Positions 1 through 8,930 of a stretch of 64,000 nt of DNA are shown here, piece by piece. How positions within the stretch are numbered: the stretch's first letter is position 1; every line of letters begins with the position of its first letter. Source of the DNA: a bacterium (GTDB taxonomy: Bacteria; Sysuimicrobiota; Sysuimicrobiia; Sysuimicrobiales; Segetimicrobiaceae). The DNA lies in NCBI GenBank assembly GCA_035295165.1, contig DATGJN010000117.1:24114-88113 (forward strand), given 5' to 3'. The notes under the pieces were generated by a model. That model made no database searches. It had not been told where the DNA came from and saw nothing but the letters and a program-made list of their open reading frames with translations. The position numbers and the translations under genes were made by a program.

Positions 1-305
1 AGAACCCCGGTGGCGCCCCGGTCGTCGCTCCCAAGGAACCGAAGGTGGAGGCGTTCGGGACGCTCACCCAAGCGGTGGAGATCACGTGTGCCGCGGGCGA
101 GGAACCCAATGTCGTCAAGATCCTGGGCGGCCTCGGGCTGTACAAGAACCCGCTGCGGGGCGTGTGGCAACTCGACTATCGCTACTACGCCGAGGGCGTA
201 CGCCGGTTGCGGTCCGCCGGATACGAGATCGACGGCAAGGACTACCTGGGCCGCCCGCTTGCCGAGTGGGTCCCGGAAGCCCGCGGGTGGACGCGCGTCC
301 GGTAG
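1..305 (+). CDS. 3' end of an unidentified CDS running in from upstream of the window (frame open from base 3, stop at 303-305)
   Basis: Open frame from the window edge, translated ...KNPLRGVWQLDYRYYAEGVRRLRSAGYEIDGKDYLGRPLAEW. Convergent with queA. No recognisable motif. Confidence 0.3.
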   Translation, partial: NPGGAPVVAPKEPKVEAFGTLTQAVEITCAAGEEPNVVKILGGLGLYKNPLRGVWQLDYRYYAEGVRRLRSAGYEIDGKDYLGRPLAEWVPEARGWTRVR

Positions 306-309
306 CGGG

Positions 310-1332
310 TCAGACGATCAACATCGCGTCCCCGAAGCTGTAGAACCGGTACCCTTCCCGCACGGCCGCCTCGTACGCGCCCAGCACGCGGTCGCGCCCC
401 GCGAACGCGCTCACGAGCATGAGCAGCGTCGTTCTCGGCAGATGGAAGTTCGTGATCAGCGCATCCGTCACGCGGAACCGAAATCCCGGGGTGATGAACA
501 GGTCGGTCCACCCGTTTCCCGCCGCCACGGTGCCGTCGTCCTGCGCCACGGACTCCAGCGTCCGGACGCTCGTCGTGCCGACGACCACCACGCGCGCACC
601 CCGGGCGCGCGCCGTGTTGATGGCGCGTGCGGTCTGTGGAGTCACGTCGTACCATTCGGCGTCCATGCGGTGCGCCGCGACGTCCTCCGCCTCGACGGCA
701 CGAAACGTGCCGATGCCGACGTGGAGCGTCAGGAACACCACGTCCACCCCCTGCGTCCGCAGCACGGCGAGCAAGCCGTCCGTGAAGTGCAGCCCTGCGG
801 TCGGCGCGGCCACGGCGCCCTCCCGCTCGGCGTACACGGTCTGGTAGTCGTCAGGATCGTCGAGCGGGCGCTCGATGTATGGCGGCACCGGCATTTCTCC
901 CACCTCGTCGAGCACCGCCCGAAGATCGCCGCGACACGAGAGCGTCACCAGGCGCGTGCCCGAGTCCGTTCGCGGGCCCGCGACGGCCTCGAGCGTACCG
1001 TCCCCAAAGACGAGGCGGGCGCCCTCCCGCACGCGGCGGCTCGGCCGCACCAGGGCCTCCCACGCGCCGCGCCCGTCCGGCCGCAGCAGGAGGACCTCGA
1101 CGGCGCCCCCGCCCGCCCGCCGGCCTCGCAACCGCGCCGGCAGCACCCGCGTGTCGTTGAGGACCAGCACGTCACCGGGGCGCAGATAACCCGGCAGATC
1201 CCGAAACGTGCGGTGCGCGAGCGACCCATCCCTGCGGGCGAGCACGAGCATTCGGGCGCGGTCACGGGGCCTCGCCGGCGCCTGCGCGATCCGCTCATGC
1301 GGAAGCGTGTAGTCGAAGTCCGAGAGCTTCAC
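310..1332 (-). CDS. queA: S-adenosylmethionine:tRNA ribosyltransferase-isomerase
   Basis: N-terminus VKLSDFDYTLPHERIAQAP... and the full-length QueA-like sequence. GTG start at 1332 chosen to match the conserved QueA N-terminus; the ORF track extends spuriously further upstream. Confidence 0.88.
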   Translation of the reverse strand: MKLSDFDYTLPHERIAQAPARPRDRARMLVLARRDGSLAHRTFRDLPGYLRPGDVLVLNDTRVLPARLRGRRAGGGAVEVLLLRPDGRGAWEALVRPSRRVREGARLVFGDGTLEAVAGPRTDSGTRLVTLSCRGDLRAVLDEVGEMPVPPYIERPLDDPDDYQTVYAEREGAVAAPTAGLHFTDGLLAVLRTQGVDVVFLTLHVGIGTFRAVEAEDVAAHRMDAEWYDVTPQTARAINTARARGARVVVVGTTSVRTLESVAQDDGTVAAGNGWTDLFITPGFRFRVTDALITNFHLPRTTLLMLVSAFAGRDRVLGAYEAAVREGYRFYSFGDAMLIV

Positions 1333-1376
1333 CTTGGCTCTATCGTAGCAGCCCGTCGCGGGCGACGCGGCCCGTG

Positions 1377-3653
1377 TCAGCGAGTCGCCAGCGCGTTGAC
1401 CGCCGACCCGGCGCGGAACCACGCCAGCTGCGCCGCGCCGAAGGAGTGACCGAGCCACAGCGTGTCGGCCGTGCCGTCGGCGTGCGCGACGACGCACTCG
1501 ACCGGCGCGCCGGGCCGCATCTCTGCCAGCCCCACGAGACTGAGGCGATCGTCCTCACGGATGCGGTCGTAGTCGCCGGGGTCGCGGAAGGTCAACGCCA
1601 GCAGCCCCTGTTTCTTCAAGTTTGTCTCGTGGATGCGCGCGAAACTCCGGGCGATGACGGCCGCGCACCCGAGCAGGCGCGGCGACAGGGCGGCGTGCTC
1701 GCGGCTGCTCCCCTCGCCGTAGTTGTGGTCGCCGACCGCCACCCACCGCACCCCGCTGGCCTTGTACGCTCGCGCAATCGTGGAGACAGGGTCTCCGGTC
1801 GCTCCCGTCAGCACGTTCTTGCCCGTGCCGGCCTCGCCGGTGAACGCGTTGGTCGCGCCCATGAACATGTTGTCACTGAACCGATCGAGGTGCCCGCGGT
1901 AGCGCAGCCACACGCCCGCCGGGGAGATGTGATCCGTCGTGGTCTTGCCTTTCGTCTTGATCAGCACCGGCAGGTCCGTGAAGTCCCGGCCGTCCCACGC
2001 CGGCCACGGTGCCATCACCTGCAGCCGTTCGCTGCCTGGGTCCACCTCGAGCGCCACGCCGCCTCCGTCGTCGGGCGGCGCCACGTAGACGGTGCGGCCG
2101 AGTTCGAATCGGCGCGGCGGCACCTCGGGCGCCACCGCGGGAGCGGCCAGCATGAAGGGGCGGCCATCGGCACCGATCAGCGGATCGGTGAGCGGGTTGA
2201 ACGACAAGCGGCCCGCCAGCGCGATCGCGGTCACGAGCTCCGGGCTACCGATGAAGTTCATCGTCGCGGCGTGCCCGTCGTTGCGTCGCGGGAAGTTGCG
2301 GTTGTACGAGGTCACGATCGTGTTCGGGGCCCCCGCCCCCGCGTCGGCCCTCCGCCACTGCCCGATGCACGGGCCGCACGCGTTCGCGAGCACGACGGCG
2401 CCGACGTCCCGAAGCACGCGCATCTGTCCGTCACGCTCCGTGGTCGCGCGGACCTGCTCGGAGCCCGGCGTGACGAAGAACGGCACCGATGCCGCGATCC
2501 CGTGGGCGCGCGCCTGCGCGGCCACGTCCGCCGCTCGACTCAGGTCCTCGTACGAGGAGTTTGTGCAGCTGCCGATCAGCGCGGCCGAAACGCGGTCGAT
2601 GAAGCCGTTGCGCGGGTCGTGCACTTCGGCGGCGAGCGCGGAGATCGGACGCGCGCGGTCCGGCGTGTGCGGACCGACGACGTGCGGCTCCAGCCGAGAC
2701 AAGTCGAGCGCGATGACGCGATCGTAGTACCGCTCCGGGGCCGCCTCCACCTCGGCGTCCGGCACCAGGAGATCGCGGTAGCGTTCGGCCAGCGGCACCA
2801 GATCGCCCCGGTCCGTGGCCCGCAGGTACCTGACCATCCGGTCGTCGTGCGGGAACATCGAGGTGGTCGCTCCGAGCTCGGCTCCCATGTTCGCGATCGT
2901 GGCCTTGCCAGTGGCGCTGATCGTCCCCGCACCGGGGCCGATGTACTCGACGATCGCGTTCGTGGCTCCGGCGACTGTGAGTCGGTCCGCAACGCACAGG
3001 ATGACGTCTTTCGGCGCCGCCCATCCGCGCAGCCTGCCGGTCAGGTACACGGCGATGTGCCTCGGGCAGAGCACCTCCCAGGGAAGCCCGGCCATCACTT
3101 CGACCGCGTCCGCGCCGCCGACCCCGACCGCGCACGCCCCAAGGCCGCCCGCGTTCGGCGTGTGTGAATCGGTGCCGATGATGAGTTCGCCCGGGAAGGC
3201 GTAGTGCTCGAGCACCACCTGGTGGATGATGCCGGCGCCGGGGCCCCAGAAGCCGGCCCCGTACCGGGCGGCCGCCGACCGCAGAAAGTCATAGACCTCC
3301 CGGTTCTCGTCCACGGAGGCGCGCAGGTCGGCCTGCCCCTCCACCCTCGCCTGGATCAGGTGGTCGCAGTGGATCGTGGTGGGCACTGCGACGGCGGTGC
3401 GCCGAGTTTGCATGAACTGGAGCATCGCGGTCTGCCCGAGCACGTCCTGCAGGACGACGCGATCCGGCCGGAGTCGCAGGTAGCTTTCGCCGGGCACCAC
3501 GTCCTGCCCGGCCGGATCGTCGAGGTGGCCGAGCAGAATCTTGTCCGCGAGCGTCAGCGGGCGCCCCAACCGTCGGCGCACCACCGCCAGCCGTTGCGCC
3601 ATGGTCGCGTAGACGCGAGCCGCCATCTCTGGGCTCGATGCGAGCGTGCTCAT
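1377..3653 (-). CDS. acnA: aconitate hydratase (aconitase A type)
   Basis: About 758 aa with Fe-S cluster-ligand regions (GTDSHT, SCTNSS..., ANACGPCIG) and the C-terminal swivel-domain SR motif. Start taken at MSTLASSPEM. Confidence 0.9.
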   Translation of the reverse strand: MSTLASSPEMAARVYATMAQRLAVVRRRLGRPLTLADKILLGHLDDPAGQDVVPGESYLRLRPDRVVLQDVLGQTAMLQFMQTRRTAVAVPTTIHCDHLIQARVEGQADLRASVDENREVYDFLRSAAARYGAGFWGPGAGIIHQVVLEHYAFPGELIIGTDSHTPNAGGLGACAVGVGGADAVEVMAGLPWEVLCPRHIAVYLTGRLRGWAAPKDVILCVADRLTVAGATNAIVEYIGPGAGTISATGKATIANMGAELGATTSMFPHDDRMVRYLRATDRGDLVPLAERYRDLLVPDAEVEAAPERYYDRVIALDLSRLEPHVVGPHTPDRARPISALAAEVHDPRNGFIDRVSAALIGSCTNSSYEDLSRAADVAAQARAHGIAASVPFFVTPGSEQVRATTERDGQMRVLRDVGAVVLANACGPCIGQWRRADAGAGAPNTIVTSYNRNFPRRNDGHAATMNFIGSPELVTAIALAGRLSFNPLTDPLIGADGRPFMLAAPAVAPEVPPRRFELGRTVYVAPPDDGGGVALEVDPGSERLQVMAPWPAWDGRDFTDLPVLIKTKGKTTTDHISPAGVWLRYRGHLDRFSDNMFMGATNAFTGEAGTGKNVLTGATGDPVSTIARAYKASGVRWVAVGDHNYGEGSSREHAALSPRLLGCAAVIARSFARIHETNLKKQGLLALTFRDPGDYDRIREDDRLSLVGLAEMRPGAPVECVVAHADGTADTLWLGHSFGAAQLAWFRAGSAVNALATR

Positions 3654-3735
3654 GTCGACAGCCTCCTCACCGGACCGCGATACCCCCACCCTAGCGCTCC
3701 AGAGCGGATCATGTCCAATATATGGAACGCCTGGT

Positions 3736-3749
3736 TATCATATATGATA
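3736..3749. promoter_or_regulatory. perfect palindrome TATCATATATGATA in the AT-rich divergent aconitase/LysR intergenic region; candidate LysR-type operator
   Basis: Seen directly. The 14-bp palindrome lies 12 bp upstream of the LysR GTG start in an AT-rich stretch that stands out in a GC-rich genome. Confidence 0.35.
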
Positions 3750-3760
3750 TATATTGATCT

Positions 3761-4687
3761 GTGGAGCTGCGACATCTGCGCTATTTCATCGCCGTCGCCG
3801 AGGAGCGGCACGTCACCCGCGCCGCGGCGCGGCTCGGGATCCAGCAACCTCCGCTCAGCCAGCAGATCCGGGCGCTCGAGCGGGACCTTGGCGCGCAGCT
3901 GTTTCATCGACAGCCGCGAGGGGTCGAACTGACGGACGCCGGCCATGCCCTCCTCGCCGACGCACGCGCGATTCTCGCGCTCGTCGATCGCGCGGCTGCC
4001 GCCGTCCGGCAGACCGCGGCGGGCCTGCGCGGTCGTGTCGCTGTCGGCTTCACCAGTTCCGCGCCGTTCAATCCGTTTGTGCCGCGCGTCATTCGCGCGT
4101 TTCGCGAGGCGTGCCCGGATGTGTCGTTGACGCTGGAGGAGAACGGGACCGCCGATCTCGTGCAGGACCTGCGCAGCGGCCGCGTCGACGCGGCGTTCAT
4201 CCGCTCCCCGATCGCGGACGCGCCGGATTTGGTCGTGCGAGCGCTCCTCGACGAAGCCATGATCGTCGCGCTGCCGACGGCGCACCGTCTGGCGCGCGCG
4301 GCCGACCGCGACGAGGCGGCGCTGCCGCTCCGAGCGCTCGCCGCGGAGACTTTCATCCTGTATCGTCGGCCGAGCGGACCAGGTCTCCACGACGCGATCA
4401 TCTCGGCGTGTCGCCGCGCGGGCTTCAGCCCGAACATCGGTCAAGAGGCGCCGCTGATCGTGTCCACGCTCAATCTCGTGGCCGCCGGGCTCGGGGTCTC
4501 AATCGTCCCCGCGTCACTCCGTCGCCAGCGCATGGACGGTGTCGTCTACCGGCGCATCGGGGCCCGGCCGCGACTGCGGGCGCCGATTCATCTCGCGTCT
4601 CGACGAGACGAGCATTCCGCCGCTGCTCGGCGGTTCATCGACCTCGTCGACCGCCTCCGGCGCGGCAGCCGGCGGGCGCGGGAATGA
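3761..4687 (+). CDS. LysR-family transcriptional regulator
   Basis: N-terminal HTH MELRHLRYFIAVAEERHVTRAAARLGIQQPPLSQQIRALE and a C-terminal LysR substrate-binding domain. GTG start at 3761. Confidence 0.85.
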   Translation: MELRHLRYFIAVAEERHVTRAAARLGIQQPPLSQQIRALERDLGAQLFHRQPRGVELTDAGHALLADARAILALVDRAAAAVRQTAAGLRGRVAVGFTSSAPFNPFVPRVIRAFREACPDVSLTLEENGTADLVQDLRSGRVDAAFIRSPIADAPDLVVRALLDEAMIVALPTAHRLARAADRDEAALPLRALAAETFILYRRPSGPGLHDAIISACRRAGFSPNIGQEAPLIVSTLNLVAAGLGVSIVPASLRRQRMDGVVYRRIGARPRLRAPIHLASRRDEHSAAARRFIDLVDRLRRGSRRARE

Positions 4688-4760
4688 AACCCGCCGGCGG
4701 GGCGTAGTTCCGGGCGCACCCGGGTTCGAGTGCTCGAACGATGAGCTGTGGAGGTTCGCG

Positions 4761-5702
4761 ATGCGGCTCGACGGGATCCATCACATCACCGCCGTGACGG
4801 CCGACGCGAGACGCAACGTGGAATTCTACACGGGCGTGCTCGGGTTGCGTCTGGTCAAGAAGACGGTGAATCAGGACGATCCGACCGTGTACCATTTGTT
4901 CTACGCCGACGAGGCCGGTAGCCCGGGGGCCGACCTGACGTTCTTCGAGTACCCGGGCACCCCGCGCGGGCGGGCCGGCGCCGGGATGGTGCATCGGATC
5001 GCCTGGCGCGTGGGGTCCGGCGACGCGCTCGAGTTCTGGGCGTCGCGGCTCCGCGACGCGGGCGTCGAGACGGCGCGGGAGGCCGGCGGCGTCCGGTTCG
5101 AGGATCCCGAGGGCCTGGGCCTGGAACTGCGCATCTCCGAGGTCGGCGACGCGCCGCTTACGGGCGCGCACCCGGAGATCCCGGCGGCGGTCGCGCTCCG
5201 GGGATTCGACGGCGTGCGCGCGTACGCCGTCAACCCGGAACGCAGCCAGCCGTTCCTCGAGGACACGCTGGGGTTCGCGCCGATCGCACGCGGGCAGTTC
5301 GAGATCCGCGGGCCGCGCCGCGGCGGACTGTACGCATACGACCCAGCGCCCGGCCGCGGCGTGGCGGGCGCGGGCACGGTCCACCACGTCGCCTGGTCGT
5401 GTGAGATGGCCGAGCACGCGGCGTGGCGGGAGCGCCTCGCGCGAGCCGGCGCCCACGTCACGCCGGTCATCGATCGCTTCTACTTCCGCTCGATCTACTT
5501 CCGCGAGCCAAGCGGGGTTCTGTTCGAGATCGCGACGCTCGGACCCGGGTTCGCCACCGACGAAAGCCCGGAGCATCTCGGCGAGTCGCTGTCGCTCCCG
5601 CCGAAGTTCGAGCCGCTGCGGACAGAACTGGAGCGCGTGCTCACGCCGCTGCCGTCCCCGCGGCCGTGGGCGCGCACATCGGCCGGCCGCGACAGTCGCT
5701 GA
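4761..5702 (+). CDS. VOC-family ring-cleaving (extradiol-type) dioxygenase, two glyoxalase-like repeats
   Basis: MRLDGIHHITAVTADARRNVEFYTGVLGLRL... and a second repeat GTVHHVAWSCEMAEHAAWRERLARAGAHVTPVIDRFYFRSIYFREPSGVLFEIAT. ATG at 4761 preceded by GGAGG. Confidence 0.8.
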   Translation: MRLDGIHHITAVTADARRNVEFYTGVLGLRLVKKTVNQDDPTVYHLFYADEAGSPGADLTFFEYPGTPRGRAGAGMVHRIAWRVGSGDALEFWASRLRDAGVETAREAGGVRFEDPEGLGLELRISEVGDAPLTGAHPEIPAAVALRGFDGVRAYAVNPERSQPFLEDTLGFAPIARGQFEIRGPRRGGLYAYDPAPGRGVAGAGTVHHVAWSCEMAEHAAWRERLARAGAHVTPVIDRFYFRSIYFREPSGVLFEIATLGPGFATDESPEHLGESLSLPPKFEPLRTELERVLTPLPSPRPWARTSAGRDSR

Positions 5703-6728
5703 TCAGCCGCCGCCCGAACCGTCGGACGCGGCGGAGACGGCGGCCCGCACGGCACGCGGCGCGGGTCCGGGATCCCGAGGCGGGACCGCCGCAGGCGCGC
5801 TCGCGCGGGCGATGACGAGACCGCCGAGAACCATCAGGGCGCCCGCCACTTTGAGCGCTCCAAACCGCTCTCCGAGCAGCACCCACGACGCCATCGCGCT
5901 GACAATCGGTACCACGTAGATGAACGTGGCGGTGCGCGCGACGCCGAGGCGAGACGAGACCCACGTCCAGAGCGTCCACGCTACGTACACCGGGACGACC
6001 ACCGACCACAGCAGGCCGGCCCAGCCGAGGCCGGACACCCGGCCCCAGTCCTGCACGACCACACCCGGCAGCGAGACCGCCAGCAACGGCACCGCGCCGA
6101 TCGTGAGCGTGTAGGTCGTCAGCGCCGTGGCGGGGTAGCGGGAGAGCAGCGGTTTGTTGACCACGTTGTAGACCGCAAAGCACAGCGCCGCGAGCACGCT
6201 CAACAGATCCCCCATCCCCGCGGACGCCAATCCGACGCGGAGTTTGTCGTAGACAAACACGAGCACGCCGAGAAATGACACCGCCGTCGCCGCCCACTGC
6301 ACGGTCGCGACCGCCTCCAGGCGGAGCCCCCAGAGCAACAGCGACGTGAACGCCGGCGTGGTGTTGAGCAGCAGCGCCGTGGAGAACGCGGTGGTGGACT
6401 GAAGGCCAAAGACGAACAGCAGCTGATACGCGCCGTGCCCGACAACGCCGGCGATGACGAGGCGCCCGAGGTCGGCGCGTGACGGCGCGACACCCCCCTG
6501 CGACCCTCGCCGCATCCGCCGTGCCGACGCGAGCACGATCCAGGCCAGCGCGACCATGCCGACGAACCGAAGAAACGTGAACGCGCGGACGTCGAACTGC
6601 ATGAGCGTGGCTTTCACGAACGCGAAGTTCACCCCCCAGATCGTCGTGACGAGAAGCGCCGCGCCGTCGCCGAGATCGAACCGTGCGCGCCGCGCCGGGC
6701 CACCGCCGCAACCTGGGCTCCGGCTCAT
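5703..6728 (-). CDS. EamA/DMT-family transporter (10-TM drug/metabolite exporter)
   Basis: Two EamA-like hydrophobic repeats and overall composition. Confidence 0.78.
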   Translation of the reverse strand: MSRSPGCGGGPARRARFDLGDGAALLVTTIWGVNFAFVKATLMQFDVRAFTFLRFVGMVALAWIVLASARRMRRGSQGGVAPSRADLGRLVIAGVVGHGAYQLLFVFGLQSTTAFSTALLLNTTPAFTSLLLWGLRLEAVATVQWAATAVSFLGVLVFVYDKLRVGLASAGMGDLLSVLAALCFAVYNVVNKPLLSRYPATALTTYTLTIGAVPLLAVSLPGVVVQDWGRVSGLGWAGLLWSVVVPVYVAWTLWTWVSSRLGVARTATFIYVVPIVSAMASWVLLGERFGALKVAGALMVLGGLVIARASAPAAVPPRDPGPAPRAVRAAVSAASDGSGGG

Positions 6729-6763
6729 GCGCCCACGCTAACGGGAGCCGCCGGGAGTCGTCT

Positions 6764-6811
6764 GGCCGTTTTCGGACCTCATGGGCCGGACTATCATGTC
6801 CGAAAACGGCC
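6764..6811. promoter_or_regulatory. perfect 14-bp inverted repeat GGCCGTTTTCGGAC-N20-GTCCGAAAACGGCC upstream of ada-alkA; overlaps the putative -35; a TATACT -10 lies at 6833-6838, only about 7 nt before the ATG (near-leaderless)
   Basis: Seen directly in the 116-bp EamA/ada-alkA divergent intergenic region. Confidence 0.35.
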
Positions 6812-6844
6812 AGAAATTGATGATGCCGGCGCTATACTAGGGTC

Positions 6845-8419
6845 ATGGACCTTGACCGGGACGCATGCTACCGAGCGATCCGGGCGCGCGACGCGCGGTT
6901 CGACGGACGCTTCTACACGGCGGTCCTGACGACCGGGATCTACTGCCGGTCGATCTGCCCGGCGCGCCCGCCGAAGATCGAACATTGCCTGTTCCTGCCG
7001 AGCGCGGCGGCGGCGCACCAGGCCGGCTTCCGTCCCTGCCTGCGGTGCCGGCCCGAACTCGCCCCCGGCGTCGCGGGATGGGGCGGCACCGAGCGCACGG
7101 TCTCGCACGCCTTGGACTTGATCGCCGAGAGCACGCTTGAGGACAGCGGCGTCGAGGCGCTCGCAGGGCGCCTCGGCATCACCGCGCGTCAACTGCGACG
7201 GTTGTTCGACAAGCACCTCGGCGCGTCGCCGATCACGGTCGCTCAGGCGCACCGCATCCTCTTCGCCAAGCAGTTGATCGGCGACACCGCGATGTCGATG
7301 GCGGACGTCGCCTACGCGTCGGGGTTCGGCAGCGTGCGCCGGTTCAACGACGCGATGCGCCGGACGTACGGGCGGGCGCCGCGTGAACTCAGACGGGCCG
7401 CTCCCGCCGCGGCGTCCCGCGCGTGCGGGATCACGCTGAAGCTCCCGTTCCGCGCGCCGTACAACTGGGCGGCGATGCTATCGTTCCTGAGGCCGCGGGC
7501 CATTCCCGGCGTCGAAGCCGTGGGCGAGGACGACTATCGTCGCGCCATCTCGGTCGACGACGCCAGGGGGATCATCGAGGTACGCCCGGCCGACCGCGAG
7601 TCGCACCTCCTCGCGACGATTCGCGTGACGCGCGTCACGGCGCTCGGCGCGATCGTCGGGCGCCTCCGGCGGCTCTTTGACCTGGACGCCGACATCACCG
7701 CGATCGAGGCGTATCTCCGGCACGACCCCCGGCTCGCCACGTGCATCGCGGCCCGGCCCGGCCTCCGCGTCCCGGGCGCCTGGGACGGTTTCGAGCTCGC
7801 GGTCCGCGCGATTCTCGGCCAGCAAATCAGCGTCGCGGCCGCAACGACGCTCGCCGGCCGGCTGGCCGCCGCGTACGGGGAGAGGCTTCCCGCGGAAGAA
7901 ACGCCGCGCACAGCCGCCGACCTCCGCGTGTTGTTTCCGCGGCCCGACGCGCTCGCCGGCGCCGATCTGACGCCGATCGGCCTGCCCCGCGCGCGCGCGG
8001 CAGCGGTCGCTGCGCTGGCCGCGGCCGCCGTGGCAGACGCGGACCTGCTCCAGCCGACCGACGGCCTGGACGCGACGGTCGACCGGTTGCGCCGCGTACC
8101 GGGCATCGGCGAGTGGACGGCGCAGTACATTGCGATGCGGGCGCTGCATCAGCCTGACGCCTTTCCTGCCACGGACCTCGGCGTCCTGCGCGCGATGGCC
8201 AGCCCGACGGTGCGGGTGACGCCGGCACGGGTTTCGGACATCGCCGCTGCATGGCGGCCGTGGCGCGCCTACGCGGTCATGCACCTGTGGCTGAAGGATA
8301 CGGCCGCGGTCACCGGGAGGAGGAGCCCACATGAACCTGCTGATCGATCGCATCGACTCGGCGATCGGAACCATTCTCGTCGTCTCCGACGGCGCGCGCC
8401 TGTGCGCGCTCGACTATAG
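6845..8419 (+). CDS. alkA: bifunctional Ada N-domain (Zn-Cys4 methylphosphotriester acceptor)-AraC HTH regulator fused to AlkA 3-methyladenine DNA glycosylase II
   Basis: N-terminus CYRAIRARDARFDGRFYTAVLTTGIYCRSICPAR...FRPCLRCRP (Ada Zn site), then an AraC HTH, then AlkA N-domain and HhH-GPD (VPGIGEWTAQYIAMRAL). The 3' end overlaps ogt by 89 nt. Confidence 0.85.
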   Translation: MDLDRDACYRAIRARDARFDGRFYTAVLTTGIYCRSICPARPPKIEHCLFLPSAAAAHQAGFRPCLRCRPELAPGVAGWGGTERTVSHALDLIAESTLEDSGVEALAGRLGITARQLRRLFDKHLGASPITVAQAHRILFAKQLIGDTAMSMADVAYASGFGSVRRFNDAMRRTYGRAPRELRRAAPAAASRACGITLKLPFRAPYNWAAMLSFLRPRAIPGVEAVGEDDYRRAISVDDARGIIEVRPADRESHLLATIRVTRVTALGAIVGRLRRLFDLDADITAIEAYLRHDPRLATCIAARPGLRVPGAWDGFELAVRAILGQQISVAAATTLAGRLAAAYGERLPAEETPRTAADLRVLFPRPDALAGADLTPIGLPRARAAAVAALAAAAVADADLLQPTDGLDATVDRLRRVPGIGEWTAQYIAMRALHQPDAFPATDLGVLRAMASPTVRVTPARVSDIAAAWRPWRAYAVMHLWLKDTAAVTGRRSPHEPADRSHRLGDRNHSRRLRRRAPVRARL

Positions 8420-8930
8420 CGGGTACGAGCGGCGGATGCGGCGGCTCCTGCGGGCGCGGTACGGCGAGATCCGGCTGCACCCGACGCGCAACCCGGCGGG
8501 ACTCAGCCGCCGCGTCCGCGCGTATCTCGCCGGAACGCACCGCGCCATTGACGACGTCCCGGTCGACACGGGCGGCACGCCGTTCCAACGACGCGTCTGG
8601 TCGGCGCTGCGGAGGATCCCGGCGGGGCAGACACTGACGTACGGCGCGCTCGCCAGGCGGCTTGGGATCCCCGCCGCGAGCCGGGCGGTGGGGCGCGCGG
8701 TGTCGCTGAACCCGGTGGCCATCGTCGTCCCGTGCCACCGCGTGATCGGCGCCAACGGAACGCTCACCGGCTACGCCGGCGGCCTCGATCGCAAGCGCTG
8801 GCTCCTGGCGCACGAGGGCGCCGGCCCCACGCCGTCCCGAGGCCGCGCCGCGCCCGCGCGTACAACGCGCCGAACCCACGCCGGCGCCGTCCGTCTCGCG
8901 GTCGGAGCGGTGACGCGAACCCGTCAGTAG
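8331..8930 (+). CDS. ogt: methylated-DNA--protein-cysteine methyltransferase
   Basis: Active-site PCHRV motif and a YGALARRLGIPAASRAVGRAVSLNP helix-turn-helix. ATG at 8331 preceded by GGGAGGAGG. Confidence 0.9.
   Translation: MNLLIDRIDSAIGTILVVSDGARLCALDYSGYERRMRRLLRARYGEIRLHPTRNPAGLSRRVRAYLAGTHRAIDDVPVDTGGTPFQRRVWSALRRIPAGQTLTYGALARRLGIPAASRAVGRAVSLNPVAIVVPCHRVIGANGTLTGYAGGLDRKRWLLAHEGAGPTPSRGRAAPARTTRRTHAGAVRLAVGAVTRTRQ

Noticed and set aside
10-3167. Long ORFs antisense to queA and aconitase (479 aa at 10-1449, 597 aa at 1374-3167). Similar very long alternative-frame ORFs occur throughout (e.g. 21218-22798, 29457-30848, 41481-43829, 56529-58175, 50629-52326).
   Set aside because: Arg/Ala/Gly/Pro-rich low-complexity translations, typical of stop-codon-poor high-GC DNA. 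Each overlaps a well-supported conserved gene on the other strand.
3707-3757. Tiny ORF MERLVIIYDIY in the aconitase/LysR intergenic region.
   Set aside because: 11 codons inside an AT-rich operator/promoter region with no RBS. Coincidental.
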